Below, piece after piece: positions 17,920-27,887 of a stretch of DNA of 64,000 nt; the stretch's first letter is position 1; each line of letters begins with the position of its first letter. Source of the DNA: Candidatus Hydrogenedentota bacterium (GTDB lineage Bacteria; Hydrogenedentota; Hydrogenedentia; Hydrogenedentales; SLHB01); assembly GCA_045863335.1 (NCBI GenBank), contig BTVY01000001.1, positions 32,001 through 96,000 on the forward strand. Direction: 5' to 3'. The position numbers and the translations under genes were made by a program. The notes beneath the pieces are model-generated. The model saw nothing but the letters and a program-made list of their open reading frames with translations. It was not told where the DNA came from and made no database searches.

Positions 17920-19932
17920 TTACAGAATCCCCAAGATCGACAGGATAATTCTCAACAATGGCCAACGCACCGTTGTCGAACCCTCTTTTTCAGGATCCGA
18001 CGTTTGGGGAGGCTCGGGGTCTAACAGCGTGACGGACCCGTCGCTATCGTCAAATACGCCGGGATCGTCTTTCGACAGGACGCGAATGGAATACCCGCCT
18101 CCGGGTTCTAGTGCGGAATCGATATTCCACCGCGCTTTGCCATCGTTCTTGGTGCCTTTTTTGATGACCTGCACGAAATTGCCGTTGCGCCAGAGTTCGA
18201 TTCGAATCTTTCCTGCGATACCCACGGACGTCCACCGGATTCCGCGACGGCCCCCCAGCGGCCAGCTCTTCGCTCCATCCGGGCGCGTGACGGTGATCTC
18301 GGGAACAATCATTGGATTGAGATACGCCGCCATGAGCGGATAGCTCACGTCGAACCGGCCGTAGTAGTCCAGGTTCGTAGTAGCCGAACAGGAACCCGGC
18401 CCGCCCCAGAGCTGACCAATAATCTGTTGCGTGGATTCGATCATGAGCGGACTTCCCGAGGAGCCCGGCTCGGTCGTGCCCAAAGTCCAACTCGACTGGT
18501 AGTACCGTTCCGCCGGCCGGGTGTCCCGAAGAGACTCGGCCACGTCCGTGACGATTCCGAAGGTGATCCGTTTGAAATCGATGGAGGGATGATGAATGCA
18601 CGTGGTGGTCGTTCCGAGCGCCGTGGGCGAGGAGTTCCACCCCAGATACGTCAAACCCGCCGGGGGACTGTTGTTCAGACGCAGCAGCGTGAAATCGGTC
18701 CCCGCGCTGGCCGTACTGGTTGCGAGCAGTTGAGCCCCGCCCGTGGTTCTCGGCACGGTAGAGGGACTCGGCGGCACGCCATTGCAGGTGGACGTCTGAT
18801 AGAGCCAATAGAACTCGAGCGTCGACGCCAACGAACTGGAGGAAACGCAATGGTTGGCCGTCAACAGGTAGGGCACCTCGGAAGTCGCGTCGGTGTCGGC
18901 GATCAACGCACCGGAGCAGAAGAAGCTGCCGCCGATGCTGACGGTACCGACGCCGCCCACGCCTTTCGCCGTGTCGGCCCAGGCGGGATAACAGGACACA
19001 TCCTTATTGCAGGAACCCGCTGCCTTCAGGCCCGCATATTCGGAAAAGGGAATGTAATTGTGCACGACGCGATCGAGGGAGATGTGTACCGATTCACGAT
19101 CCACACCGGCGGGCACGTAACACTCGACGACCACCGTATCCGTGAAACAGGTCGCGCTCCAGAAGTCGTCGGCGCTTGCGCTAGACTCCGGATAGGGGCC
19201 GTAAACTTCGGCGGGCTCGTTGGCATCGTATACGACCAACTCCGCGCCGGCGGGAAGGTCGATGTCTGCAAAATGTACGCGCATGCCGAGGGCTTCAGGA
19301 GAGAAGAGCGCAATAGACCAAAGATGCCCGCCGCCGGGGACAGACTGCCAGAAGCCGTGCGACACGGACTCACCATGCACGTTCACCGGTTCATCGATTT
19401 CCTGCACGACGCCAATCCGCATCGCGCCTTTGCCTTGTTCGGCGGCGCGGGCCATGTCTTCGGCAATGGCTGCGTCGACATCCACGTCCGGCAACACCGC
19501 CGCCCCGCTGATCGACAGGGCAAACTTCGGACCCACCGCGGCCGGCGCCGGGGCGATTCGCTTCTCATCGCGCTGAAGTAACTCCGCAGGCACCTCAGCA
19601 GGCGGAAGGTCCCACTGCTTGGGCTGAATTCCCAGCTGACCCAGTTCGGCGTCAGAGAGAACTGACCCGGCCTCGTCAAGGTACAGGTCGAAGGGTTCGC
19701 CACTGACCCGCGGCATCACCCGGTAGCCATGGATGTACCTATCCTCTTCCGACGGGGCGCGTTCCGACCAGGCCAACAGTATCTCGACATTGGAGGATCC
19801 GATTGCCGTTTCGAGATGGGACTCGAGCGCTTGCTGATGCAGCGCTTCGGGAGTGAGGCCCGGTTCTTCAGCCCGAAGGACTGCGAAACACGGGATCACG
19901 CAAAGAACGACCAGAAGGAACTGCCGAATCAT
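17920..19932 (-). CDS. Secreted trypsin-like (lysyl endopeptidase family) serine protease with C-terminal Ig-like domain
   Basis: Signal peptide; CSGAL, LTANHC, DFTLL, IHHP, TEPGSSGSP. Confidence 0.9.
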   Translation of the reverse strand: MIRQFLLVVLCVIPCFAVLRAEEPGLTPEALHQQALESHLETAIGSSNVEILLAWSERAPSEEDRYIHGYRVMPRVSGEPFDLYLDEAGSVLSDAELGQLGIQPKQWDLPPAEVPAELLQRDEKRIAPAPAAVGPKFALSISGAAVLPDVDVDAAIAEDMARAAEQGKGAMRIGVVQEIDEPVNVHGESVSHGFWQSVPGGGHLWSIALFSPEALGMRVHFADIDLPAGAELVVYDANEPAEVYGPYPESSASADDFWSATCFTDTVVVECYVPAGVDRESVHISLDRVVHNYIPFSEYAGLKAAGSCNKDVSCYPAWADTAKGVGGVGTVSIGGSFFCSGALIADTDATSEVPYLLTANHCVSSSSLASTLEFYWLYQTSTCNGVPPSPSTVPRTTGGAQLLATSTASAGTDFTLLRLNNSPPAGLTYLGWNSSPTALGTTTTCIHHPSIDFKRITFGIVTDVAESLRDTRPAERYYQSSWTLGTTEPGSSGSPLMIESTQQIIGQLWGGPGSCSATTNLDYYGRFDVSYPLMAAYLNPMIVPEITVTRPDGAKSWPLGGRRGIRWTSVGIAGKIRIELWRNGNFVQVIKKGTKNDGKARWNIDSALEPGGGYSIRVLSKDDPGVFDDSDGSVTLLDPEPPQTSDPEKEGSTTVRWPLLRIILSILGIL

Positions 19933-20274
19933 GACTCAAGTATATCCATTGAACGCCGGCCTCTCGAACCACATTTGAGAATAGCACACACCGCGCCGCA
20001 GGGTACCCTTTCCACGCATCTAATAACACCACAACGGCTTAGCACACAACAACCCGCCCCCCGATCTTTCGGCGAATCGAATCAACTATTCTACAATTCA
20101 GGCAAACCCGCGTTTCGAACGGGTGAAATTCCACGCGTTTTCTTGAATCAAAACCGCCGTTCTGCTACGTTCATACGGTGTGTGCACAGGGGGTATTCGC
20201 GCAGCAACACCCTTCCCGGACGTGCAAACCGATCCCACCGCCGCACGCTGCATTGCTGAGAAAGGAGCGATCCC

Positions 20275-21108
20275 TTGTCCGAAGGTACCGATATCTACGA
20301 TCTCAAAGGTAAAGTGGCCGTCATCACGGGAGGCGGAGGCGCGTTAGGCAGCTCCATTGCCTGCGGGTTTGCCCGGGCAGGCGCGGAGTGTGCCGTAACG
20401 AACGTGACGCTGGACAAGGCGGAATACGTCTCGGCCCAGCTCGCGGAAGCCTGCGGACACGCCAAGGGGTACGAACTGGACGCCATGAAGGAAGGTGCCG
20501 TCGAGGATCTTTCCGAGGAGATCTTCAAGGAGTTCGGCCACGTCGATATCCTCGTGAATTGCGTGGGCGGTAATCTCAAGGAGGCCACCACGGCCCCCGA
20601 CAAGACCTTCTTCGACCTGGACCTCGACGCCATTCAGAAGGTCATGGACCTCAATTTCTTCTCGTCGGTGGTGAAACCCTGCCAGGTCTTCGGCAAACGC
20701 ATGCTGGACAACGAGCACGGCGGTTCGATCATCAATATTTCGTCCATGGCGGCCATTCGGCCACTGACTCGTATCGTCGGGTACAGCGCGGCCAAGGGCG
20801 CGGTGAACAATTTCACCCAATGGCTGGCGGTGCATCTCGCGAAGGATTGCGGCAAGAAGATCCGCGTGAATGCCATCGCGCCGGGGTTCTTCCTGACCGC
20901 GCAGAATCAGTTCCTGCTAACCAACGACCGCACCGGCGAGTTGACGGAACGCGGACAGGCCATCATCGACCACACACCCATGGGCGATTTCGGCGTCGGT
21001 GAAGACCTCATCGGCGCGGCGCTTTGGCTCGCGTCGGACTCGTCCCGCTTCGTCACGGGCACGGTGATTCCCGTGGACGGGGGCTTCTCCGCGTTCGCCG
21101 GGGTGTAG
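20275..21108 (+). CDS. SDR oxidoreductase, D-mannonate oxidoreductase / gluconate 5-dehydrogenase-like
   Basis: TGGGGALG, YSAAK, NFTQWLAVHLA, APGFFLT.QN..LL; RBS AAGGAG before the TTG start. Confidence 0.88.
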   Translation: MSEGTDIYDLKGKVAVITGGGGALGSSIACGFARAGAECAVTNVTLDKAEYVSAQLAEACGHAKGYELDAMKEGAVEDLSEEIFKEFGHVDILVNCVGGNLKEATTAPDKTFFDLDLDAIQKVMDLNFFSSVVKPCQVFGKRMLDNEHGGSIINISSMAAIRPLTRIVGYSAAKGAVNNFTQWLAVHLAKDCGKKIRVNAIAPGFFLTAQNQFLLTNDRTGELTERGQAIIDHTPMGDFGVGEDLIGAALWLASDSSRFVTGTVIPVDGGFSAFAGV

Positions 21109-21188
21109 CAACGGGAGTGACCCCTTCCCGCGTATTTTGAAAAGCAGTACGGGTCTTATTGAGATACGAACAGAACAGAAATACTCAG

Positions 21189-21354
21189 AAGAACATCCCC
21201 CTTGATCCCCCTTCAAAGGGGGAATTCCGCACAACGCTTCGCGTTGTGAATGGTAGGGGCCAAGCCGCTGGCTCGGCGCAGATTGCGTCGAATATCGCGG
21301 AGGCTATGGCTATACAGATTCCCCCTTTGAAGGGGGATCAAGGGGGATGTTCTT
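21189..21354 (+). repeat. MITE/REP-like element, copy 1 (perfect 37-bp terminal inverted repeats)
   Basis: AAGAACATCCCCCTTGATCCCCCTTCAAAGGGGGAAT (21189-21225) and its exact reverse complement (21318-21354); internal hairpin CACAACGCTTCGCGTTGTG. Confidence 0.9.
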
Positions 21355-21436
21355 GTGACAGATACGCGTTTCACAAAGCGCATTCTCGATATACAGATGT
21401 GTACGAAGAAGACGATCAGCGGAAAGGCATTCGATC

Positions 21437-22327
21437 ATGAGCGATCCGGTTGCAGCACTGAAGAACCACAAACCGAACCACGAATTCCTCATCGCCATCG
21501 ACTCCGATGGCTGCGCCTTCGATACGATGGAGGTGAAACACAAGGAATGTTTCATTCCGAACATCGTGAAGTTCTGGGATCTGCAGCCCATCTCCAAGTT
21601 CGCCCGCGCGGCGGCGGAGTTCGTCAATCTCTATTCCAAGTGGCGCGGCGTGAATCGCTTTCCGGCGCTGCTGCTCACCTTCGATCTGCTCGCGGACTGG
21701 GACAAGGTCCAGGAGCGCGGATGGAAGGCGCCGGACATTCCCAACTTCAAGAAATGGATCCAAACCGAGACGAAGCTCGGCAACCCCGCGCTGGAAGCCT
21801 ACTGCAAGGAGCACAATCAACCAGATCTCAAGCGCGGGCTCGAGTGGAGCAAGGCCGTTAACGTTTCGGTAGCCGATATCGTCAAGGATGGACTGCCACC
21901 GTTCCCGCACGTGCGTGAATCGCTGGAGAAAGCGCACGACCGCGCGGATATGCTGGTCTGCTCCCAAACGCCCACCGAGGCCCTCACCCGCGAATGGGCG
22001 GAGCAGGGAATCGCCCAGTTCGTCTTTGCCATCGCGGGACAGGAAATGGGCAAGAAGTCCGAGCATATTGCCTTCGCTGCCGACGGCCGCTATGAAAAAG
22101 AAAAAATGCTCATGATTGGTGACGCGCCCGGCGACTACAAGGCCGCGCGCGACAACGGCGCGCTCTTCTTCCCCATCAACCCGGGCGAAGAAGAGGTCTC
22201 GTGGCAGCGGCTCCACGACGAAGCCCTCGACAAGTTCTTCAACGGCACCTACGCCGGCTCCTACGAAGAAGCGCTCATCAAGGAGTTCGATTCCTATCTG
22301 CCCGACACGCCGCCCTGGAAGTCGTAG
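21437..22327 (+). CDS. HAD-superfamily hydrolase (phosphatase-like)
   Basis: Motif I IDSDGCAFDTM, motif II CSQT, motif IV MIGDAPGD. Confidence 0.88.
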   Translation: MSDPVAALKNHKPNHEFLIAIDSDGCAFDTMEVKHKECFIPNIVKFWDLQPISKFARAAAEFVNLYSKWRGVNRFPALLLTFDLLADWDKVQERGWKAPDIPNFKKWIQTETKLGNPALEAYCKEHNQPDLKRGLEWSKAVNVSVADIVKDGLPPFPHVRESLEKAHDRADMLVCSQTPTEALTREWAEQGIAQFVFAIAGQEMGKKSEHIAFAADGRYEKEKMLMIGDAPGDYKAARDNGALFFPINPGEEEVSWQRLHDEALDKFFNGTYAGSYEEALIKEFDSYLPDTPPWKS

Positions 22328-22363
22328 GTGAGTGTTTCCATGATTGAGCGCTTGACAAACTCG

Positions 22364-22530
22364 AAGAACATCCCCCTTTATCCCCCTTCAAAGGGGGAAT
22401 CTTGCGTATCCATAGCTGTCGATGTATGCGGCGCGACCTGCGCCGCCCCCCGGACTTACCCCCTCTCCGTCACAACGCGAAGCGTTGTGCGACATTCCCC
22501 CTTTGAAGGGGGATCAAGGGGGATGTTCTT
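22364..22530 (-). repeat. MITE/REP-like element, copy 2 (inverted relative to copy 1)
   Basis: Same 37-bp termini (22364-22400 with one mismatch; 22494-22530); interior homologous to the reverse complement of copy 1. Confidence 0.9.
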
Positions 22531-22584
22531 TTGCATCGCAAGAGACACCCGTTCTCCGTTGATTCGCAGCAGGCCGCGACACGT

Positions 22585-23727
22585 ATGAAAATCATCGCTG
22601 ACGAAAATATTCCGTATGCGCGGGAGGCTTTTGGGCTGCTTGGGGACGTGACGACTGCGCCGGGGCGGAGTATGACGTCCGACCTCTTGCGCGACGCCGA
22701 TCTCCTCTTCGTGCGCTCCATCACCAAGGTCAACGCCGCGCTGCTGGACGGCACCCGCGTGCAGTTCGTGGGAACCGCGACGATTGGCGAAGACCACGTA
22801 GACAAAGCGTACCTCACCGAGCGCGGGATCGGCTTCTCGAGCGCGCCGGGCTGCAACGCGAACAGCGTCGGCGAATACATCGCCGCGGCGTTGCTGGTCC
22901 TGGCGGAAACTCGTGGATTCAAGCTCACGGATCGCAAGCTCGGAATCATCGGGCACGGCAACGTGGGCAAACGGGTCGAGCAGAAGGCGCGCGCCCTGGG
23001 GATGGAATGCGTGCTCAACGATCCCCCCTTGGCGCGACAGACGGGTGACGCGAAGTACCGGCCCCTCGACGAGATCTTCGAGTGTCAGATCATTACGGCG
23101 CACGTGCCGTTGACGAAGGCCGGCGAAGATGCCACCTACCATCTGCTCAATGAAGCTTTCTTCAACCGGGTCAAGACCGGCACGATCATTATCAATACGT
23201 CCCGTGGCTCCGTCGCCGATGGTCAAGCACTGCGCGCGGCATTGGAGTCCGGCAAGGTCGGGGCCTGCGTCCTCGACGTGTGGGAAGGCGAGCCGAATAT
23301 CGATCTTAACCTGCTGGCCAATCTGGCGTTGGCGACGCCGCACATCGCGGGTTACTCTTTTGACGGCAAGGTGAACGGGACGCGGCAGGTGTATGAAGCC
23401 GCATGCCGCCATCTCGGCATGACGCCTTCGTGGGACCCAGCCCCCCATCTGCCGGAGCCGGATTGTCCCGAGATCGAGGTCGACGGCGCACTCCCCCCGC
23501 AGCGGGCATTGCTGAACGCGGTTTCCGCCGTGTATGCCATTCGGGAGGACGATCGGGCGATGCGTGCTATCATTCACAAATCGACCGAGCAGCGCGCCGC
23601 CTATTTCGACCAACTGCGCAAGGAATACCCGCAACGGCGGGAATTTCACAATACACGCGCAGCGGTCCAACCCGAGAACGCAGCAATCGCGCAGACGCTT
23701 TCGGGTCTGGGATTCCAGATGGCTTGA
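22585..23727 (+). CDS. pdxB: 4-phosphoerythronate dehydrogenase
   Basis: MKIIADENIPY, VRSITKVN, FVGTATIG.DHVD, APGCNA.SV.EY, LDVWEGEP, TPHIAGYS.DGK..GT, FD.LRK.YP.RRE. Confidence 0.93.
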   Translation: MKIIADENIPYAREAFGLLGDVTTAPGRSMTSDLLRDADLLFVRSITKVNAALLDGTRVQFVGTATIGEDHVDKAYLTERGIGFSSAPGCNANSVGEYIAAALLVLAETRGFKLTDRKLGIIGHGNVGKRVEQKARALGMECVLNDPPLARQTGDAKYRPLDEIFECQIITAHVPLTKAGEDATYHLLNEAFFNRVKTGTIIINTSRGSVADGQALRAALESGKVGACVLDVWEGEPNIDLNLLANLALATPHIAGYSFDGKVNGTRQVYEAACRHLGMTPSWDPAPHLPEPDCPEIEVDGALPPQRALLNAVSAVYAIREDDRAMRAIIHKSTEQRAAYFDQLRKEYPQRREFHNTRAAVQPENAAIAQTLSGLGFQMA

Positions 23728-23756
23728 CCGCCTGTTGAATTCCGCGGAGGTCTACG

Positions 23757-24125
23757 ATGCCCCGAGTGATCCATTTTGAGATGCATGTCAAGCGGCCCGA
23801 CCGGGCGGCCCGGTTCTACGCGGAAGCGTTTGGCTGGCTGACGCACCCCTGCGGCGGGCCGGATGACTATTGGGTCCTCAGCACGGGCCCCGACTCGGAA
23901 GCGGGGATCGACGGCGGTGTGATGCGCGCCCGTGATAACGCGCCGCGGATCGTCAATACGATAGCGGTCGAATCGATCGACGATTCCATTGAACGGATCG
24001 TTGCGAACGGCGGCGAGATCGTGGTCCCCAAGACGGCCGTGCCCGGCGTAGGGTACAATGCCTACTTCAAGGATACGGAAGGCAACTGCTTCGGCCTGCA
24101 CCAGTCAGACGCCGAAGCGGAATGA
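23757..24125 (+). CDS. VOC/glyoxalase family protein
   Basis: RVIHFEM, FY...FGW, GIDGG, GG.IV.PK..VPGVG..AYFKD.EGN.FGL. Confidence 0.9.
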   Translation: MPRVIHFEMHVKRPDRAARFYAEAFGWLTHPCGGPDDYWVLSTGPDSEAGIDGGVMRARDNAPRIVNTIAVESIDDSIERIVANGGEIVVPKTAVPGVGYNAYFKDTEGNCFGLHQSDAEAE

Positions 24126-24144
24126 TGGACACGGTAAATTGACG

Positions 24145-25431
24145 ATGCTTAAACATGTGAATGACGCCGGGTATTTGACAGAGTCCGACCTGCGGGGATT
24201 TGTCGCCCGCGCATTTGAGAAGGAACACGTCGAGGGTAAGCGCGTCCTGTTTGTCATCCCGGACGCGACGCGCAGCATGCCCATGCCCGCCATGTTCCGC
24301 GCCTTGCACGAGACCCTGTATCGACGGGTAGCCCGCATGGACTTCCTGATCGCGCTGGGTACGCATCCGCCCATGCCGGAAGCGGCGATCCACAAACTCG
24401 TGGGAATCACGCGCGAAGAGCGCGAAGGCAAGTTCCGTAATGTGGGCCTCTTCAACCACGAGTGGAAAAACAACCACGCCCTGATCAAGATCGGCACGCT
24501 GACGGAAGATATGCTCGCCGAAATCTCGGACGGCCTCCTGCGCGAGGAGGTCGACGTCACCATCAATAAGCGCATCTACGACTACGACCTCATTTGCATT
24601 CTCGGTCCTGTGTTCCCTCACGAAGTGGTGGGGTTCAGCGGGGGCAACAAGTATTTCTTCCCCGGCATCGCGGGCGCCGAAATCCTCAACGTGTTCCACT
24701 GGCTCGGCGCGCTCATCACAAACCCCATGATCAACGGCACGAAGTACACGCCCGTGCGAAAGGTCGTGGACACGGCCGCGTCCATGATTCACATCGAAAA
24801 GCGCTGCTTCTGCCTGAACGTTATGGGCAAGGACTGCAAAGGCATCTTCTATGGAACGCCGGAGGAGGCCTGGGACGCCGCTGCCGACCTGTCCGCGCAG
24901 ACGCACATCCGCTACATGGACAGGCCGTTCAAGAGCGTGCTCGCCATGGCGCCGGAGATGTACGACGAGATCTGGGTCGCGGGCAAGTGCATGTATAAGC
25001 TCGAACCGGTTGTTGCGGACGGCGGCGAACTGATCATCTACGGAGCGCACATCAAGGAAGTCAGCGTTACCCACGGCGAACTGATCAAGAAGATCGGCTA
25101 CCACACGCGCGACTATTTCCTCGCGCAGATGGACAAGTTCCAAGATATCCCCGGCGGCATCCTCGCCCACTCGACGCACGTGCGCGGCATCGGCGCCTAC
25201 GAAGATGGCGTGGAGAAGTGCCGCGTTCAGGTGACGCTCGCCACGTCCATTCCGGAAGACGAGTGTAAGGCCATCAACCTGGGCTACCGCAATCCCGCGT
25301 CCATCAACCCGGAAGAGTGGCGGAACCGTGAAGATGAAGGCCTGCTCCTGGTCGAACGCGCGGGCGAAGTGTTGTATCGATTGAAACAGGGAAATCCGGA
25401 ACCCCAGCGGCCCGCGACAATAAATCTATAA
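24145..25431 (+). CDS. LarA (lactate racemase)-superfamily protein, probable sugar-acid 2-epimerase
   Basis: IPDATRS, IALGTHPPM, GPVFPHEVVGFSGGNKY.FPG, KLEPVVADGGELII. Confidence 0.85.
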   Translation: MLKHVNDAGYLTESDLRGFVARAFEKEHVEGKRVLFVIPDATRSMPMPAMFRALHETLYRRVARMDFLIALGTHPPMPEAAIHKLVGITREEREGKFRNVGLFNHEWKNNHALIKIGTLTEDMLAEISDGLLREEVDVTINKRIYDYDLICILGPVFPHEVVGFSGGNKYFFPGIAGAEILNVFHWLGALITNPMINGTKYTPVRKVVDTAASMIHIEKRCFCLNVMGKDCKGIFYGTPEEAWDAAADLSAQTHIRYMDRPFKSVLAMAPEMYDEIWVAGKCMYKLEPVVADGGELIIYGAHIKEVSVTHGELIKKIGYHTRDYFLAQMDKFQDIPGGILAHSTHVRGIGAYEDGVEKCRVQVTLATSIPEDECKAINLGYRNPASINPEEWRNREDEGLLLVERAGEVLYRLKQGNPEPQRPATINL

Positions 25432-25495
25432 CCGTTCGCGGTCGGGAACACCCGGCACCAAATAGACCGACTATGTAGAGAGGAGATCCAGGGGG

Positions 25496-26782
25496 ATGCC
25501 AAAGAACGTTATCGTTGCACAATCGGGTGGCCCGAGCCCCGTCATCAATAGCTCGTTGCGCGGCGTCATCGACGCCTGCAAACTGTTTCCGGAGACCTTC
25601 GGCACCATCTACGCCGGATGGCACGGAATCGAAGGCGTGCTGAAGGAAGAGCTCCTGAACCTCTCCGCCCAGGACGAAGAAGAGGTTGCGCTGCTGCGCT
25701 ACACGCCCGCCGCCGGTTCCATCGGCACCTGCCGCTACAAGCTCAAGAAGAATCAGCAGGCCGATTTCGAGCGCGTCATTGATGTCATGAAGGCCCACGA
25801 CATCGGCTACTTCTTCTACAACGGCGGCAACGACTCCATGGACACGGCCCACAAGGTCAGCGTGCTCGCGCACGAGCGCGGGCTCGATCTGGTGGCAGTT
25901 GGCGTGCCCAAGACCATCGACAACGACGTGGGCGATTCGGAATTCAAGCTCATCGACCACACGCCCGGCTACGGCAGCGTTGCGCGGTACTGGATGGGCA
26001 TCGTCCAGAACGCGAACGAGGAGAACGCCGGTTCCTGCCCTGCCGATCCGGTGCTCGTGTTGCAGGCCATGGGCCGCAAGATCGGCTACATCCCCGCAGC
26101 GGCGCGCCTCGCGGATCCCAAGCGCGAGATGCCGCTTCAGATCTACTTGACGGAGTCCGCCGTCACCGCCGAGGAGATGTGCGACAACGTCAACGACCAA
26201 CTCAAGAAGGACGGCCGTTGCATCATCGTCGTCAGCGAAGGGTTCGAAGTCGGCGACATCGGCGCCACGAAAGACAGCTTCGGACACACGCAATTCAGCG
26301 CTTCGAAGACGACCGTCGCCCAGCAGGTCGTCACGATGCTGAACGAGCGCGGCCTTCCGGTTCCCGGAGCGGCGCGCGGCCAGGTCTCGGGCACGGACCA
26401 GCGCGACACGTGCCTGTATGCCTCCATTCCGGATCTCGACGAAGCCTACAAAGTGGGCCAGAAAGCGGCCCTAATCGCGGAATCCGGCGAGAACGGCTGG
26501 ATGGCAACCATCCTTCGCGAACCCGGCCCCATCTACAATGTGCGCTACGACAAGGTGCCCTTGGAGAAAGTCGCCAACTCGGAACGCACCTTCCCCAAGG
26601 AATGGCTTGCCCCGAGCAAGATCGACGTAACGGACGAATTCGTGCGCTACGCCAAACCGCTCATCGGCGAAGACTGGGCCAGCGTGCCGGTCGTCAACGG
26701 CCGCCAGCGCTTCACGCGGTTCAAACCCATCTTCGCGGAGAAGAAGCTGCCCGAGTACACGTTGGAAGCCTTGCGCAAGTAG
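25496..26782 (+). CDS. pfp: Phosphofructokinase family, probably PPi-dependent
   Basis: QSGGPSPVIN, GGNDS (Asp, PPi type), PKTIDND (Lys), MGR. Confidence 0.88.
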   Translation: MPKNVIVAQSGGPSPVINSSLRGVIDACKLFPETFGTIYAGWHGIEGVLKEELLNLSAQDEEEVALLRYTPAAGSIGTCRYKLKKNQQADFERVIDVMKAHDIGYFFYNGGNDSMDTAHKVSVLAHERGLDLVAVGVPKTIDNDVGDSEFKLIDHTPGYGSVARYWMGIVQNANEENAGSCPADPVLVLQAMGRKIGYIPAAARLADPKREMPLQIYLTESAVTAEEMCDNVNDQLKKDGRCIIVVSEGFEVGDIGATKDSFGHTQFSASKTTVAQQVVTMLNERGLPVPGAARGQVSGTDQRDTCLYASIPDLDEAYKVGQKAALIAESGENGWMATILREPGPIYNVRYDKVPLEKVANSERTFPKEWLAPSKIDVTDEFVRYAKPLIGEDWASVPVVNGRQRFTRFKPIFAEKKLPEYTLEALRK

Positions 26783-26806
26783 CAAAGGAGTTGTCCCGGC
26801 CGGCCG

Positions 26807-27721
26807 ATGATTTTTTACTACAACACGGACTACGACAAACCTTCGGGCGGCATGTGGGCCTGTTACCGCCACGTCGATGTCTTGAACGAGCACGGCATCG
26901 ACGCGGCGGTTTTGCATGTGGAGCCCGGGTTCCGCGTGAGTTGGTTCGAGAATGCGACGCGCGTCGAGAACATGAAGGAAGTCGTCGCACATCCCGATGA
27001 CATCGTCGTGATTTCCTCGATCATTGAACATCAGTGGCCGGATGTCTTCCCGGGACTGCGCAAGGTTATCTTCAACCAGGGCGCCTACCTGACCTTTCAC
27101 GCCTACCCACTGGGCTACGCGGGCAAGTATCACTACGAAGATGCGTTGGGAACCATCGTCGTTTCCGAGGACAGCGAGCGCTATCTCCGGTGCGCCTTTC
27201 CGGATATCCCCATCTTCCGGACCGTATACGGCATCGATCCGAGCCTCTTCCATTACGACCCCGCGATCAAGAAAGACCAGATCGCCTTTGTCCCCGCGCG
27301 GAATCCGGACGAGGCGAAGCAGGTTCTATGCATCTTGACGAACCGGGGCATGCGCCTTCCCCTCGTGCCCATCCACGACAAACCGCGGGAAGAGGCGGCC
27401 CGCATCCTGCGCGAGTCGCGGTACTTCCTTTCCTTCGGCTTCCCCGAAGGGTTCGGCCTGCCTCCCTGCGAAGCCATGGCCTGCGGCTGCATCGTTATCG
27501 GCTATCACGCCATGGGCGGCAGGGAGTTCTTGAAAGCGCCGTACGCCTTCCCGGTCGGCCAGGGTGACGTGATTGAGTTTGTCCACACTGTCGAACGGGC
27601 GCTCGCGGAGGACCATACTGCCACCGCACTGGCCGCATCTGCCTTCATCGCGGCGCAGTATTCCCCCGCGCGGGAGCGGGAAAGCATTCTGGGTTGTTGG
27701 CATCAGCTGCTGGGCGCGTAG
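26807..27721 (+). CDS. GT-B (GT4-like) glycosyltransferase
   Basis: PSGG near the N-terminus; EGFGLPPCEAMACG motif. Confidence 0.85.
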   Translation: MIFYYNTDYDKPSGGMWACYRHVDVLNEHGIDAAVLHVEPGFRVSWFENATRVENMKEVVAHPDDIVVISSIIEHQWPDVFPGLRKVIFNQGAYLTFHAYPLGYAGKYHYEDALGTIVVSEDSERYLRCAFPDIPIFRTVYGIDPSLFHYDPAIKKDQIAFVPARNPDEAKQVLCILTNRGMRLPLVPIHDKPREEAARILRESRYFLSFGFPEGFGLPPCEAMACGCIVIGYHAMGGREFLKAPYAFPVGQGDVIEFVHTVERALAEDHTATALAASAFIAAQYSPARERESILGCWHQLLGA

Positions 27722-27887
27722 CCCGGTGGTCCAAAACTTCGTTCGCCACCCCGTTTTGTAGTACAATTCTAGCCACTGTGCGCCCTATCCATTCCCGGGC
27801 GAGGGCACCCAACAACCCAATTGCCATGGATTGGCGCGCAGGTTTGGGGGAAACCAGCAACGTGGTTATTTGAGGAGAACGCTACCC

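Noticed and set aside
20095-20140. GGCAAACCC...GGGT resembling the start of a c-di-GMP-I riboswitch
   Set aside because: It lacks the GNRA-capped P2, the GACGCAAA junction and P3, and the downstream gene is metabolic
21159-21440. Small ORFs containing KNIPLxPPSKGE (also 22328-22588 and 48018-48200)
   Set aside because: They are translations of the repeat termini, with no RBS or coding signature
21189-22530. 37-bp repeats as a possible CRISPR array
   Set aside because: The repeats are inverted pairs with homologous interiors, dispersed between genes; there is no direct repeat-spacer series and no cas gene
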